Of a stretch of 64,000 nt of DNA, positions 9,860 through 23,591 are shown piece after piece. This stretch comes from an uncultured delta proteobacterium (lineage in GTDB: Bacteria; Desulfobacterota; Binatia; Binatales; Binataceae). Made by a program: the position numbers and the translations under genes. Every line of letters begins with the position of its first letter. Positions within the stretch are counted from its first letter, which is position 1. A model generated the notes under the pieces. The model was given only the letters and a program-made list of their open reading frames with translations. It did not search any database and was not told the DNA's origin. Where the stretch lies: positions 160,001 to 224,000 of the forward strand of contig CAVQEQ010000003.1 of NCBI GenBank assembly GCA_963711565.1, given 5' to 3'.

Positions 9860-10561
9860 GTGGCGGAACGGCATATCGTTGCGATGGGCGGCGGCGGATT
9901 CTCGATGGAGCCGCGCAATCCGAGGCTCGACGATTTCGTGTTGAGCCTCGCGCGTCGCAAGCGGCGTCCCCGCGTATGCTTCGTCGGCACTGCAAGCGGC
10001 GACAGCGATTTGTACATCAGGCGGTTTCACGAAGCGTTTCCGCCGTCGCGCGCCGCCGCGACGCATCTCCCTTTCTTCGAGCGCAACGTTCGTGACCTCA
10101 AGTCGTTCGTGATGGAGCAGGACGTTATCTACGTCGGCGGCGGGAGCAGCGCGAACATGCTCGCGGTGTGGCGTTTGCATGGCCTCGACAAAGCTCTGCG
10201 CGCTGCGTGGAACGAGGGCGTCGTGATGGCGGGAATCAGCGCGGGCGCGATTTGCTGGTTCGAGGACGGCTTGACGGATTCGTTCGGCATGCCCTATCGC
10301 GCGCTCAATGACGGGCTCGGCTTCGTCCGCGGCGCATGCTGTCCGCATTACGACGGCGAGAAAGAACGGCGCCCCGTGCTGATGCGATTGATCAGGCGCG
10401 GCTTCATGCCAACGCTCGCACTCGACGACGGTGCGGCGGCGCACTTCGTCGGAACGCGGCTTAAGGAAATAGTTACATCGCGGCCGAAAGCGCGCGCGAT
10501 GCGCGTCGCGCTCAGCAAAGGAGCGGTGGTCGAAAAAGCGCTCCCGGTGCGCTACCTCTGA
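9860..10561 (+). CDS. Peptidase E (S51) family protein
   Basis: TASGDS, YVGGGS, GISAGAICWF nucleophile elbow, CPHYD. Confidence 0.9.
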   Translation: MAERHIVAMGGGGFSMEPRNPRLDDFVLSLARRKRRPRVCFVGTASGDSDLYIRRFHEAFPPSRAAATHLPFFERNVRDLKSFVMEQDVIYVGGGSSANMLAVWRLHGLDKALRAAWNEGVVMAGISAGAICWFEDGLTDSFGMPYRALNDGLGFVRGACCPHYDGEKERRPVLMRLIRRGFMPTLALDDGAAAHFVGTRLKEIVTSRPKARAMRVALSKGAVVEKALPVRYL

Positions 10562-10921
10562 ATGACGCCACGGGAGGTTCGCGCAATGAAAGCAAATCAC
10601 GTTCATGTTGGGGTCCGCGATCTGCCGGCCGCCGTCGGCTGGCTCGAGCGTGTGTGGGAGCTCAAACCGGTATTCCAGATTCCCGAGATGGCGATTTTCG
10701 CGGTCGGCGAGTTCGAGCTCTTCCTCGACGCGGCGGAACACGACACGCGCACGACGATCGGATTCGTCAGCGACGATTGCGATCGCGACTACGGCCGCGT
10801 GACCGCGCGCGGCGCCGAGACCGTGAGTGCGCCCGAGGACAAGCCCTACGGCTCCCGCGCTGCTTACGTGAAAGGGCCGGGAGCCCTGACATTTGAGATC
10901 GAGCAACCGCTCAAGAGGTAA
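10562..10921 (+). CDS. VOC family protein
   Basis: NHVHVGVRDL, PEDKPYGSR. Alternative start at ATG 10586. Confidence 0.82.
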   Translation: MTPREVRAMKANHVHVGVRDLPAAVGWLERVWELKPVFQIPEMAIFAVGEFELFLDAAEHDTRTTIGFVSDDCDRDYGRVTARGAETVSAPEDKPYGSRAAYVKGPGALTFEIEQPLKR

Positions 10922-10978
10922 AATTGGGCGGGCGTGACAGGGTAAGCCGCCTACTCTACAATGCGGAACTTCCAGTAA

Positions 10979-12291
<1,313 letters not shown>

Positions 12292-12292
<1 letters not shown>

Positions 12293-13857
12293 TGCCCACG
12301 CGGCCGCCCGTTGCAGCGCTCGTAATTTTCGACGGATGGGGAATCAGCAAGGGCGGCGCGGCGAACGCGATCGCGGCGGCGAAGACGCCAGTGATGGATC
12401 GGCTCTACGCGACGAATGCGCACACCGAGCTCGACGCATCGGGCGAGGCGGTGGGACTGCCGCCGGGTGTGATGGGCAATTCCGAAGTCGGGCATCTCAC
12501 GATCGGCGCAGGCCGCGTCATCTACCAGGATCTGATGCGAATCACCAAGGCGATCGAGACCGGCGCGTTCGCGCGCAATCCGGCGATTGTCGATGCGATC
12601 AAAAAGACTGTGATGCTTGGCACCACGCTGCATATCTGGGGACTGCTGTCCGACGGCAGCGTACACAGTCATATCGATCATCTGATGGCGATCCTCGACG
12701 TCGCCGCGGCGAACGGCGCGACTCGCATTGCGGTTCACGCGGTGCTTGACGGGCGCGACAAGCCGCCGCGCTCGGCGCTCGCGTTTATCGATCAGCTCGA
12801 AGCGAAGCTGAAGCAGCTCGAGGGTGATGGCGGGCACGGCGGCCCGCCCCACTATCGAATCGCGACGGTCACGGGGCGCTACTACGCGATGGATCGCGAC
12901 AAGCGATGGGAGCGAGTCGAGCGGGCATGGCGCGCGATCGTCGAGGCGGAAGGCAGCGTGGCGGCGAGCGCGCGCGAGGCGATCGAGAAGTCGTACGCCG
13001 CGGGCAAGAGCGATGAGTTCGTCGCGCCGCATGTGATCGGCGAACGCGCGCCGATGGCGGATGGCGACGAGGTTATCTGCTTCAACTTCCGCGCGGACCG
13101 CGCGCGCGAGCTGACGGCCGCAATCGCGCTCGAGGGATTTTCCGAGTTCCGGCGGCCCCGGATTCCAAAGGTCGGCTACGTGTGCATGACGGAGTACGAC
13201 CGCTCGTTCGCGCTCCCGCTGGCGTTCGGTCCCGAAGACGTGCGCAACACGCTGGCCGAAGTGCTGGCGCATGCGGGGCTCAAAAATCTGCGCGTCGCGG
13301 AAACCGAGAAATACGCGCACGTCACCTACTTCCTGAACGGCGGCGTCGAGAAGGCGTTCCCGCTCGAGGAGCGCGCGCTGATTCCGTCGTCGAAGGTCGC
13401 GACCTATGACCTGGAGCCGGCTATGAAAGCGGCGGCAATCGCGACGCGCGTCGCCGAAGAGATCGAGGGCGGCAAGTTCGACGTGATCGTCATGAACTTC
13501 GCCAATCCCGACATGGTCGGGCATACCGGCAAATTCGAGGCGACGGTTGCGGCGGTCGAGGTGACAGACGCGGCGCTGGGAGCCGTGATCGAGGCGCTCG
13601 AAAAGCGCGGCGGCGTCGCGCTCATCACGGCGGATCACGGCAACGCGGAATTCATGGCCGACCCCGCGACCGGGCAGGCGCATACGGCGCATACGACGAA
13701 TCCGGTGCCGCTGATTCTCTACGATCCGAAATTCAAGGGGCGGCTGAAGAACGGCGGTACGCTCGCCGATGTGGCGCCGACGCTGCTCGGGATGCTCGAC
13801 GTGAAAGCGCCGCCCGAGATGACGGGGCGCGATTTGAGAGTCGGCTCCGAGCGCTGA
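12292..13857 (+). CDS. gpmI: 2,3-bisphosphoglycerate-independent phosphoglycerate mutase
   Basis: DGWG, MGNSEVGH, GRYYAMDRD, ETEKYAHVT, NPDMVGHTG, TADHGNAE. Confidence 0.97.
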
Positions 13858-13907
13858 TCTCGACGCAGCTCGTAAGCGCGAAATAAGTGTGAAGTGCGGA
13901 GCGGCGC

Positions 13908-14453
13908 ATGGAACGTGCAGTTCAAGTTGTTCTCCTCACCGGCCCTGCCGGCTCTGGCAAAACCAGCCTGGGTGCTCGCATCGCCGCCTCTCCAGGTTGG
14001 AAGCATCTTTCTGAAGATGATTATTGGGTAAAAATCAAGGAAGGGCACCCAGCTGGAGAGCTCAGAACTCCGGAAGAACAGGCAATAGTTCAGGCAAAGG
14101 TGATTCGCGATCTGCTTTCAACGTTGACTGGAGGCAATCGGGTCGTGCTCGAATTCATCCTGTACGAAAACCCGCCCCGTCCGCTATTGACGTATCAGAA
14201 GGCCCTTTCCGAGAGAGAGATTCCGTTTATGACAAGCGTCCTTCGCCCGACCTTAGATGACCTTCTCGTCAGAATTCGGGCGCGGGGACGCGAGCAAGAA
14301 TGCGACATCATGGCCCTGCGTTCTAACGCCGAGCATCAGATAGCGTGCCTGTCTTCACCGTTGATCAGAAGCCACTGGTTGATAGATCCGACGGGCGACT
14401 CTCCCGAAGAGGTATACGCAAAGCACTTCAAGCAGGTCGTCGAAGGTTCATGA
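13908..14453 (+). CDS. Small P-loop NTPase/kinase-fold protein (AAA_33-like)
   Basis: N-terminal Walker A GPAGSGKT followed by a D-containing strand. Sequence is visibly less GC-rich than its flanks. Confidence 0.75.
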   Translation: MERAVQVVLLTGPAGSGKTSLGARIAASPGWKHLSEDDYWVKIKEGHPAGELRTPEEQAIVQAKVIRDLLSTLTGGNRVVLEFILYENPPRPLLTYQKALSEREIPFMTSVLRPTLDDLLVRIRARGREQECDIMALRSNAEHQIACLSSPLIRSHWLIDPTGDSPEEVYAKHFKQVVEGS

Positions 14454-14487
14454 ATCTCCTTTGTCAGGGGGCGCTACAAAAGAGAGG

Positions 14488-16569
14488 TTACCAGCGGATT
14501 ACTTGTTCGTAGATCTTTGGGAGTTGGCGCGGTAGCGACGCGATGTCCTCTATTACCAGGTAGCGCGAGGATTGGCACATCTGCCGCAGGTAGTCGTGGC
14601 CGGTTTTATCTACCGTGATGCAGAACGGAAGAACGCCGGCGAGTTCGAGTTCCTTCAGCGCGACCATCGTGTCCTGGATGCCGTAGGCGTTGGAGCGGCG
14701 GTCGTGGCCGTAGTCGAAATCCTGCGGAAAGCCGTCGCTCAGCAGGATCATATGCTTGGCGCGCGAGGCGACGTCCTTGAATTTTTCGCGCACGTGACGA
14801 ATCGCCGCGCCCATCCGGGTTGAGCGCTTGGGCTCGACTGATCCGATGCGCGCCTTCACCTCGTCGCTGAGTTCCTGATCGAATTCCTTGATGACGTAGA
14901 ACTCGACGTTGTCGCGGCCGTGGCCGGAGAAGCCCATGATCGCGTAGGCGTCGCCGATTTCCTCGAGCGCCTGCGCCATGATGACGAGCGCTTCCTTATT
15001 GACGTCGATTATGCGGCGGGGACGGTTGGCGGTCTGCGGGCGCCGCTGCCATGCCTTCATCCAGTCATCAGTGTCGTCATCGTCGGTATGCTTGCGCGGC
15101 TCGCGATGCACCGGCTCGTCGGTCGAGGCCGACATATCGAGCAGGAAGAGCGTCGCGACGTCGCGCGCTTCTTTCTTGCGCGCCTTGTAGAAACGTCCAT
15201 CGGGCGTCTCGCCCATCAGGCGCGCGACGCGAGCCTCGATGGTGCGGTCGATGTCGATCTCCTCGCCGTCCTCGAGCCCGCGGACCATCCGGTACGACGC
15301 CGGGCGGATGCGCTGGAAGTTGCGGCGCACGCCGGGCAGCATCTCGGCGTAGCGGAGGAGCGTGTTCTCGTAAAAATCGCCTTCGTCGCCGGTGAGAGGA
15401 ATTTCGCGCAAGCGGCACCAGTTGCGGCGATAGTCGTTCAGCACGTAATCCCATTCGTCGTACGCGTAGTACGAGTCCTGGCGCCCGCGACCGATCATCA
15501 GCCGTCCCTGGCCGGTGACGGAACCGACTTCGCCGAGCTGCTCGCGCATCTGCTCGAGCTCGCTGAGCTGCTTGCCGGTGAGCTGCGTCAGGTACATGCC
15601 GTCGCCGTCGGCGCTGCCGTCGCCTTGCGAGGGTTTGATCTCGGCGCCCTGCTCGATCAGCTTGCGCAATTCCTCGGGCGAGAGCGCCCTGCCCTGTCCA
15701 CCCTTGGATTGCTTGCCCGAGACGTCCATCTGGACGTTCTGATCGGGCTCGCCGCCGCCGTCGCCCGGTTCGCCGTCCTCGCCTTCGCCGGCGGTCTGCG
15801 ACTCCGAGCCTTTCATTCCCTTGATCAGGTCATTGCGCATCCGCTCCGCTTCTTCTTCGGTCAGCGGATCGCCTTCGCCGCGCTCGCGTGCCTGGCGAAT
15901 CAGCTCCTGGAGCCAATTGTAGAGCGCGCCGACCTGGCGGACGCTGGTCATCACGTCGGCACCATGCTCTCGGACGGGCGCAAAGTGATGCGCGGCCATC
16001 AGCACCAGCGGGGAATCCAGCGCTTCGCCGGTGGCGTCGAGATCGAGCGCCGCACGCACCAACATCGTGCTGAGCGACTGGGGATGGAGCCGCGCGAGGA
16101 GCGAGCGGTTGAGGCCCGCGATGCGCGGCGCGAGGCCGCGATAACGCCGCGCGAGCTCGGCGTCGATGCGGGCAGACTCCGCCAGCCGCATCAGCGCGCC
16201 GGCGAGGCCCGGGTCGTCGAATGAGGCGACGAAGCTGTCGATGGCCTCGACGCCGGTCTCGCCGCGCTCTTCGAAGCCCGCGATATCCGCAAGCTTCAGC
16301 TTGAACGTTCCGAAGTCATGACGCGCGGCCAGATGGGCGGTGGTGACGAAATAATAAATGTAAGCGTCGCCGCGAGTGCCGAACGGCTCGAGGCGTTCGG
16401 GGAGATAGATCATCTCGCCGGGCAGGAGCGGGTAATGAAACGGCAGCATCGGGGCGCCGTTGGCGAGCGAGTCGATGCGGAACTCAAGCGGAAACAACAT
16501 CCGCATGAACTTGGTGAGGACACCTTTTATTTCGAAGAGGTCCTGCGCTTTCTCGTTGATTTCAGGCAT
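14488..16569 (-). CDS. NorD/CbbO-like von Willebrand factor A domain protein
   Basis: YDEWDY..YRRNWC, GEEIDID, MIDAS motif LLDMSAST, TRMGAAIRH, LLSDGFPQD, PFCITVD. Start placed at MPEINEK. Confidence 0.85.
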   Translation of the reverse strand: MPEINEKAQDLFEIKGVLTKFMRMLFPLEFRIDSLANGAPMLPFHYPLLPGEMIYLPERLEPFGTRGDAYIYYFVTTAHLAARHDFGTFKLKLADIAGFEERGETGVEAIDSFVASFDDPGLAGALMRLAESARIDAELARRYRGLAPRIAGLNRSLLARLHPQSLSTMLVRAALDLDATGEALDSPLVLMAAHHFAPVREHGADVMTSVRQVGALYNWLQELIRQARERGEGDPLTEEEAERMRNDLIKGMKGSESQTAGEGEDGEPGDGGGEPDQNVQMDVSGKQSKGGQGRALSPEELRKLIEQGAEIKPSQGDGSADGDGMYLTQLTGKQLSELEQMREQLGEVGSVTGQGRLMIGRGRQDSYYAYDEWDYVLNDYRRNWCRLREIPLTGDEGDFYENTLLRYAEMLPGVRRNFQRIRPASYRMVRGLEDGEEIDIDRTIEARVARLMGETPDGRFYKARKKEARDVATLFLLDMSASTDEPVHREPRKHTDDDDTDDWMKAWQRRPQTANRPRRIIDVNKEALVIMAQALEEIGDAYAIMGFSGHGRDNVEFYVIKEFDQELSDEVKARIGSVEPKRSTRMGAAIRHVREKFKDVASRAKHMILLSDGFPQDFDYGHDRRSNAYGIQDTMVALKELELAGVLPFCITVDKTGHDYLRQMCQSSRYLVIEDIASLPRQLPKIYEQVIRW

Positions 16570-16698
16570 CGTGGTGAATTGATTCTGGCAAGAACGGACG
16601 CCCCGATCAATTTGACTTTCGCCGCGCGGCAGTATGGCCAACTTCGACAATGATTCCTTGACTTGCCTGCAAGCGGCGGACTTAGATGATCGTATCCT

Positions 16699-18084
16699 AT
16701 GCGCATCACGTATTTTGGCAATCATCGCCGTCTCGCTCTGGTGGCGGCGCTCGGTACACTTCTATGCATGACCGTTTCGGTTCCCGCGCATGCGGGAATG
16801 GCGGACGCGGTCAAGGCCGAAACGCTGGCCAACGGTCTTCGGGTGCTGGTGCTCGAAAATCACAAGGCGCCGCTCGCGACCTTCAACGTCTTCTATCGCG
16901 TCGGCTCGCGCAACGAGCAGTTCGGCAAGACCGGACTGTCGCATCTGTGCGAGCATTTGATGTTCAAGGGCACCAAAAAGCTGGGGCCCGAAGAGTTCTC
17001 GCAAATCATCCAGCAGAACGGCGGTGAGGATAACGCGTTCACGGAATCGGACTTCACGGACTATTTCGAGACGATCAACAAGGATCACCTCGACGTGCCG
17101 ATCTCGCTCGAAGCCGATCGGATGGCGAACTTCGAGCCGAAGGAATTCGACAAGGAGAAGCACGTCGTACTCGAAGAACGGCGCATGCGCACCGAAGACA
17201 ATCCGGAGGACGCGCTCGACGAGATGGTGCGCTCGCAGGCGTACGTGGCGCATCCATACCACTGGCCGGTTATCGGATGGTTCCACGATGTTGACGGGCT
17301 GACGCTGGCGGACGCGATGGCGTATCACAAGATTTATTACTCGCCGCAGAACGCGCTGATCGTGGCGGTCGGCGATTTCAACTCCGAGCAGGTGCTCAAG
17401 CAAATCAGCGAAGCGTTCGCGGGAATCAAGAACGGGCCGAAGCCGCCGCCCTTGACGGATCTCGAACCGCCGCAAGAGGGAACCCGGCGCGTCGAATTGC
17501 AGCATGCGGCGAATCTGCCGGCGTTCGAAGAGGCGTATCACGTGCCTAATCTCAGGAGCTCCGATGCTTTCCCACTCGAGATTGCGTCGGAGATTCTGAG
17601 CGACGGACAGAGCTCGCGGCTGTACAAGAAGCTGGTGGTCGAGAAACAGATGGTGGTCGATATCGGCGCGGGCTACGACATGACGTCGTTCGATCCGGGA
17701 TTGTTCGTCGTGTCGGCGCAGATGCGTCCGGGCGTTACGGCGGCGAGCACGCAGGTCGAAGTGGAAAAGGAACTGGCCGCGATGCGCGATACGCCGGTGG
17801 GTGCGGAGGAATTGCAGAAGGCCAAGAATCTCGAGCAGGCGCAATTCGTCTTCGGGCAGGACTCGGTGATGCGCGAGGCGGAGATGCTGGGCGTGTACGA
17901 AATGCTCGGCGACTACCACCTGGTTGACAAGTACCTCGACGGAATCGACAAGGTGACCGCGGCTGACGTGCAGCGCGTCGCCAAGACTTACCTGGTCGCG
18001 ACCAACATGACTGAAGGCGTGCTGGTCCCGACGGGAGTTTTGCCGCACGGCGGCGACGGACTGAGCAGCGGAGAATTGCGATGA
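16699..18084 (+). CDS. M16 family zinc peptidase, catalytic subunit, with signal peptide
   Basis: Inverted zinc motif HLCEH-LMFKGT, NAFT, EERRMR; hydrophobic N-terminus ending AHA. Confidence 0.92.
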   Translation: MRITYFGNHRRLALVAALGTLLCMTVSVPAHAGMADAVKAETLANGLRVLVLENHKAPLATFNVFYRVGSRNEQFGKTGLSHLCEHLMFKGTKKLGPEEFSQIIQQNGGEDNAFTESDFTDYFETINKDHLDVPISLEADRMANFEPKEFDKEKHVVLEERRMRTEDNPEDALDEMVRSQAYVAHPYHWPVIGWFHDVDGLTLADAMAYHKIYYSPQNALIVAVGDFNSEQVLKQISEAFAGIKNGPKPPPLTDLEPPQEGTRRVELQHAANLPAFEEAYHVPNLRSSDAFPLEIASEILSDGQSSRLYKKLVVEKQMVVDIGAGYDMTSFDPGLFVVSAQMRPGVTAASTQVEVEKELAAMRDTPVGAEELQKAKNLEQAQFVFGQDSVMREAEMLGVYEMLGDYHLVDKYLDGIDKVTAADVQRVAKTYLVATNMTEGVLVPTGVLPHGGDGLSSGELR

Positions 18085-19463
18085 GCGGCGCGACGATGCG
18101 GATGAAAATGTTTGCGAGTGTCGCGGCGATCGCGGCGATTGTCTTTGCGGCCACGCCGTCGCATGCGCTCGACATAAGGAAGATGACGCTGAGCAACGGC
18201 GCTACCCTGCTCGTCTCGGAACAGCATCAATTGCCGATGGTGACCGTTATGATCGAGTTCGACGCGGGCACGCGTCGCGACGCCAAGGGCAAGGAAGGGC
18301 TGGCTGAGTTGACGGCGCGATGTCTTTCGCAGGGCACCAAGGAACTCACGGCGCCGGAGTTCGATCAGAAAGTCGATTTCATGGGCAGCTCGGTCGGAGT
18401 TTCCGCCGGCCGCGATTATTCGACCGCCGGGATGACGACGCTGAAGAAGTACCAGGGCGAGACGCTCGGGTTGCTGGCAGGAATTTTGACCGAGCCGGGA
18501 CTTCGCGATGACGATATCGAACGCAAACGCGCCGAGCAGGTCGCGGAAATCAAGGCGGCGGAGGAACAGCCGGGCTACACCGCCGATGTGGAATTCACCA
18601 AGGACCTGTTCGGCGACACGCCGTATGGGCATCCGGGCGCGGGCTATTCGGACTCGGTCGCGAAGCTGACCAATGACGACGTGCGCGGCTTCTACCACGA
18701 CTACTACAAACCCGGCGGTGCGATCATCGCGGTGGCCGGCGATGTGAACGCGGACGAAATTAAAGCATCACTTGAAAAATCGCTGGCGGGCCTTTCGGGC
18801 TCGGTCACGCCTCAAGCCGAGCCGCCGCCGATCACGGTAGCGCCGGGACTGAACGTGAAACTGATCGATCGAAACGTGATGCAAGCTAACATCATCATGG
18901 GTTCCGGCGGCGTCGAGCGATCGAATCCGGATTTTTACCGGCTCAAGGTGATGAACTACATTCTCGGCGGCGGCGGATTTTCCTCGCGGCTCGTGAAGGT
19001 CGTTCGCAGCGCGCATGGGCTCGCGTACTCGGTCAACAGCGGATTCGAGCCGGGCAAATTCCAGGGCGCGTTCACGATCAGCCTGCAAACCAAGAATCAG
19101 AGCTCGAACGAGGCAATCGATTTGATCCTGCAGCAGCTTCGCGAAATCCAGGAAAAGCCGGTCAGCGACGCCGAACTGGATAGCGCGAAAAAGTTTCTCA
19201 TCGGCAGCTTCCCGCTGGGCCTCGAGCGCCAGAGCGCGATCGCGTCGTTCATGGTGCAGATCGAGTTTTACGGTCTGGGGCTCGACTACGCGGATCAATA
19301 TCCGAAGCTGATCGGATCGGTCTCCAAGGATGAGGTGTTGGCGGTCGCGAAAAAATATCTGCATCCCGATTCGATGATCGTCGTCGCCGTCGCGAACCAG
19401 GCGGACGCGAAGATCAAAACCGCGCAACTGGAGAAGGCAGCCGACGCCCCCAGCGCGCAATAG
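18081..19463 (+). CDS. M16 family peptidase, non-catalytic subunit, with signal peptide
   Basis: No HxxEH; has ILGGGGFSSRL and GLAYSV; ATGA overlap with the preceding gene. Confidence 0.9.
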   Translation: MSGATMRMKMFASVAAIAAIVFAATPSHALDIRKMTLSNGATLLVSEQHQLPMVTVMIEFDAGTRRDAKGKEGLAELTARCLSQGTKELTAPEFDQKVDFMGSSVGVSAGRDYSTAGMTTLKKYQGETLGLLAGILTEPGLRDDDIERKRAEQVAEIKAAEEQPGYTADVEFTKDLFGDTPYGHPGAGYSDSVAKLTNDDVRGFYHDYYKPGGAIIAVAGDVNADEIKASLEKSLAGLSGSVTPQAEPPPITVAPGLNVKLIDRNVMQANIIMGSGGVERSNPDFYRLKVMNYILGGGGFSSRLVKVVRSAHGLAYSVNSGFEPGKFQGAFTISLQTKNQSSNEAIDLILQQLREIQEKPVSDAELDSAKKFLIGSFPLGLERQSAIASFMVQIEFYGLGLDYADQYPKLIGSVSKDEVLAVAKKYLHPDSMIVVAVANQADAKIKTAQLEKAADAPSAQ

Positions 19464-19470
19464 GGCAGCG

Positions 19471-20004
19471 CTGATCTTCACGATCGGGCACTCGACGCAT
19501 CCAATCGAGCGCTTTCTCGAATTGCTCGGCGAGCATTGCATCGCGGTCGTCGCCGACGTGCGCTCGTTCCCCAGCTCGAAGCGATGGCCGCAGTTCAACC
19601 AGGCGGAGCTGTCGGCGTCGCTCGAGCGCGCGAACATCGAGTATCGATGGATCAAGCGGCTCGGCGGCAGGCGCAGTTCGAAGCGCGTCGATTCGCCGCA
19701 TACGGCGTGGCAACTGCCGGCGTTCCGATCATACGCGGACTACACGGAGAGTGCGGATTTTGAAGCTGGCTTGCGAGAACTCACCGACGCGGCCGCACGC
19801 GCGCGAACCGCGTACATGTGTTCGGAAGGATTGTGGTGGCGATGCCATCGGCGAATCATCTCGGACAACCTGGTGGTTTGCGACTGGACGGTCGAGCACA
19901 TCATGCCGACTGGAAAATTGTCGCCGCACGTGCTCGCGCCGTTCGCGCACGTCGTGGACGGACGGATTGTTTACGATGGTGCGGCCGAGAAGGAATCAGA
20001 CTGA
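19471..20004 (+). CDS. DUF488 family protein
   Basis: IFTIGHS, DVRSFPSS, PQFN, LGGRR, MCSE..WWRCHRRII. The conserved N-terminus lies upstream of the track start (19522), implying a CTG start at 19471. Confidence 0.85.
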   Translation: MIFTIGHSTHPIERFLELLGEHCIAVVADVRSFPSSKRWPQFNQAELSASLERANIEYRWIKRLGGRRSSKRVDSPHTAWQLPAFRSYADYTESADFEAGLRELTDAAARARTAYMCSEGLWWRCHRRIISDNLVVCDWTVEHIMPTGKLSPHVLAPFAHVVDGRIVYDGAAEKESD

Positions 20005-20014
20005 TCGCGCCGGA

Positions 20015-20392
20015 TCAAATGGCTATCCGGAGTGCGATCTCCTCGAAGAGAACTTGCGGCACTTTGACTCTTCGTTTGCCGCGCGGCTCCCTGGCAATCC
20101 GCACGAGGCCGTGCCGTTCGAGAATCCGGATGTCCTCCTGAACGTTCTTGAAATCGCGGCTGACCATTTTCGCTAATTCATAGAGCGAGCCGGGATGGCG
20201 CGTTCGAATCGTATGCATCAGGGCAAGCCGCTCGCGCGTCATGAAGTTACGGGCAGCCTCAATGCTGGTGAAACCGACCTCGTCATGCGGCTTCTTTGGA
20301 GTGCGCCGCCCGGTCCGAACAGCGTCGAAGGTCCTGGCGAAATCGTCCGCGACTTCATTCAGCGGCTTGATTGAAAACGTCACTGTCGTCAT
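20015..20392 (-). CDS. HTH DNA-binding protein, putative antitoxin (HVO_A0114-like)
   Basis: PGSLYELAKMVSRDFKNVQEDIRILE winged-HTH pattern; 4-nt overlap with the small upstream gene. Confidence 0.78.
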   Translation of the reverse strand: MTTVTFSIKPLNEVADDFARTFDAVRTGRRTPKKPHDEVGFTSIEAARNFMTRERLALMHTIRTRHPGSLYELAKMVSRDFKNVQEDIRILERHGLVRIAREPRGKRRVKVPQVLFEEIALRIAI

Positions 20393-20685
20393 TTCACTTC
20401 TCCTGCCGATGCGCGCGCCTCCGCGAGGAAGTCGGCCACTAATCGCCTTGCTGTCACGAAAGCGTACGGCGCTTGGCGCCCGCTAATATGCCGGTGATGG
20501 CCCTTCGGATGATGATTGTCATAGAGGACTGCGGGTGCCTCCTCGCCTGCACGAATGAAAGCGAGACGATACCGAACACCTTCGGGATGGCGAGCATTGC
20601 GCTCAACCTTCCACAGCACGATCTCGTAGAGATTTCCGCGTTCGTCGGTCCACTTTCGCCGTGTGATCAGTTTGGCCCGCGCCAC
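20389..20685 (-). CDS. DUF6516/TumE-like putative toxin
   Basis: 98 aa with GVRYRL, YDNHHPKGHHRH, YAF..LVADF; coupled to an HTH gene. Confidence 0.75.
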   Translation of the reverse strand: MARAKLITRRKWTDERGNLYEIVLWKVERNARHPEGVRYRLAFIRAGEEAPAVLYDNHHPKGHHRHISGRQAPYAFVTARRLVADFLAEARASAGEVK

Positions 20686-20701
20686 CCTGAGCCCCTCTGC
20701 A

Positions 20702-20716
20702 TGGCATCATACGCCA
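20702..20716. promoter_or_regulatory. Candidate autoregulatory operator of the TA pair
   Basis: Inverted repeat TGGC-N7-GCCA 17 nt upstream of the GTG start at 20685. Confidence 0.35.
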
Positions 20717-20751
20717 CGTACTTCCGCCGATCAACAGGAAATGGATCGTCC

Positions 20752-23586
<2,835 letters not shown>

Positions 23587-23591
23587 CGCTT

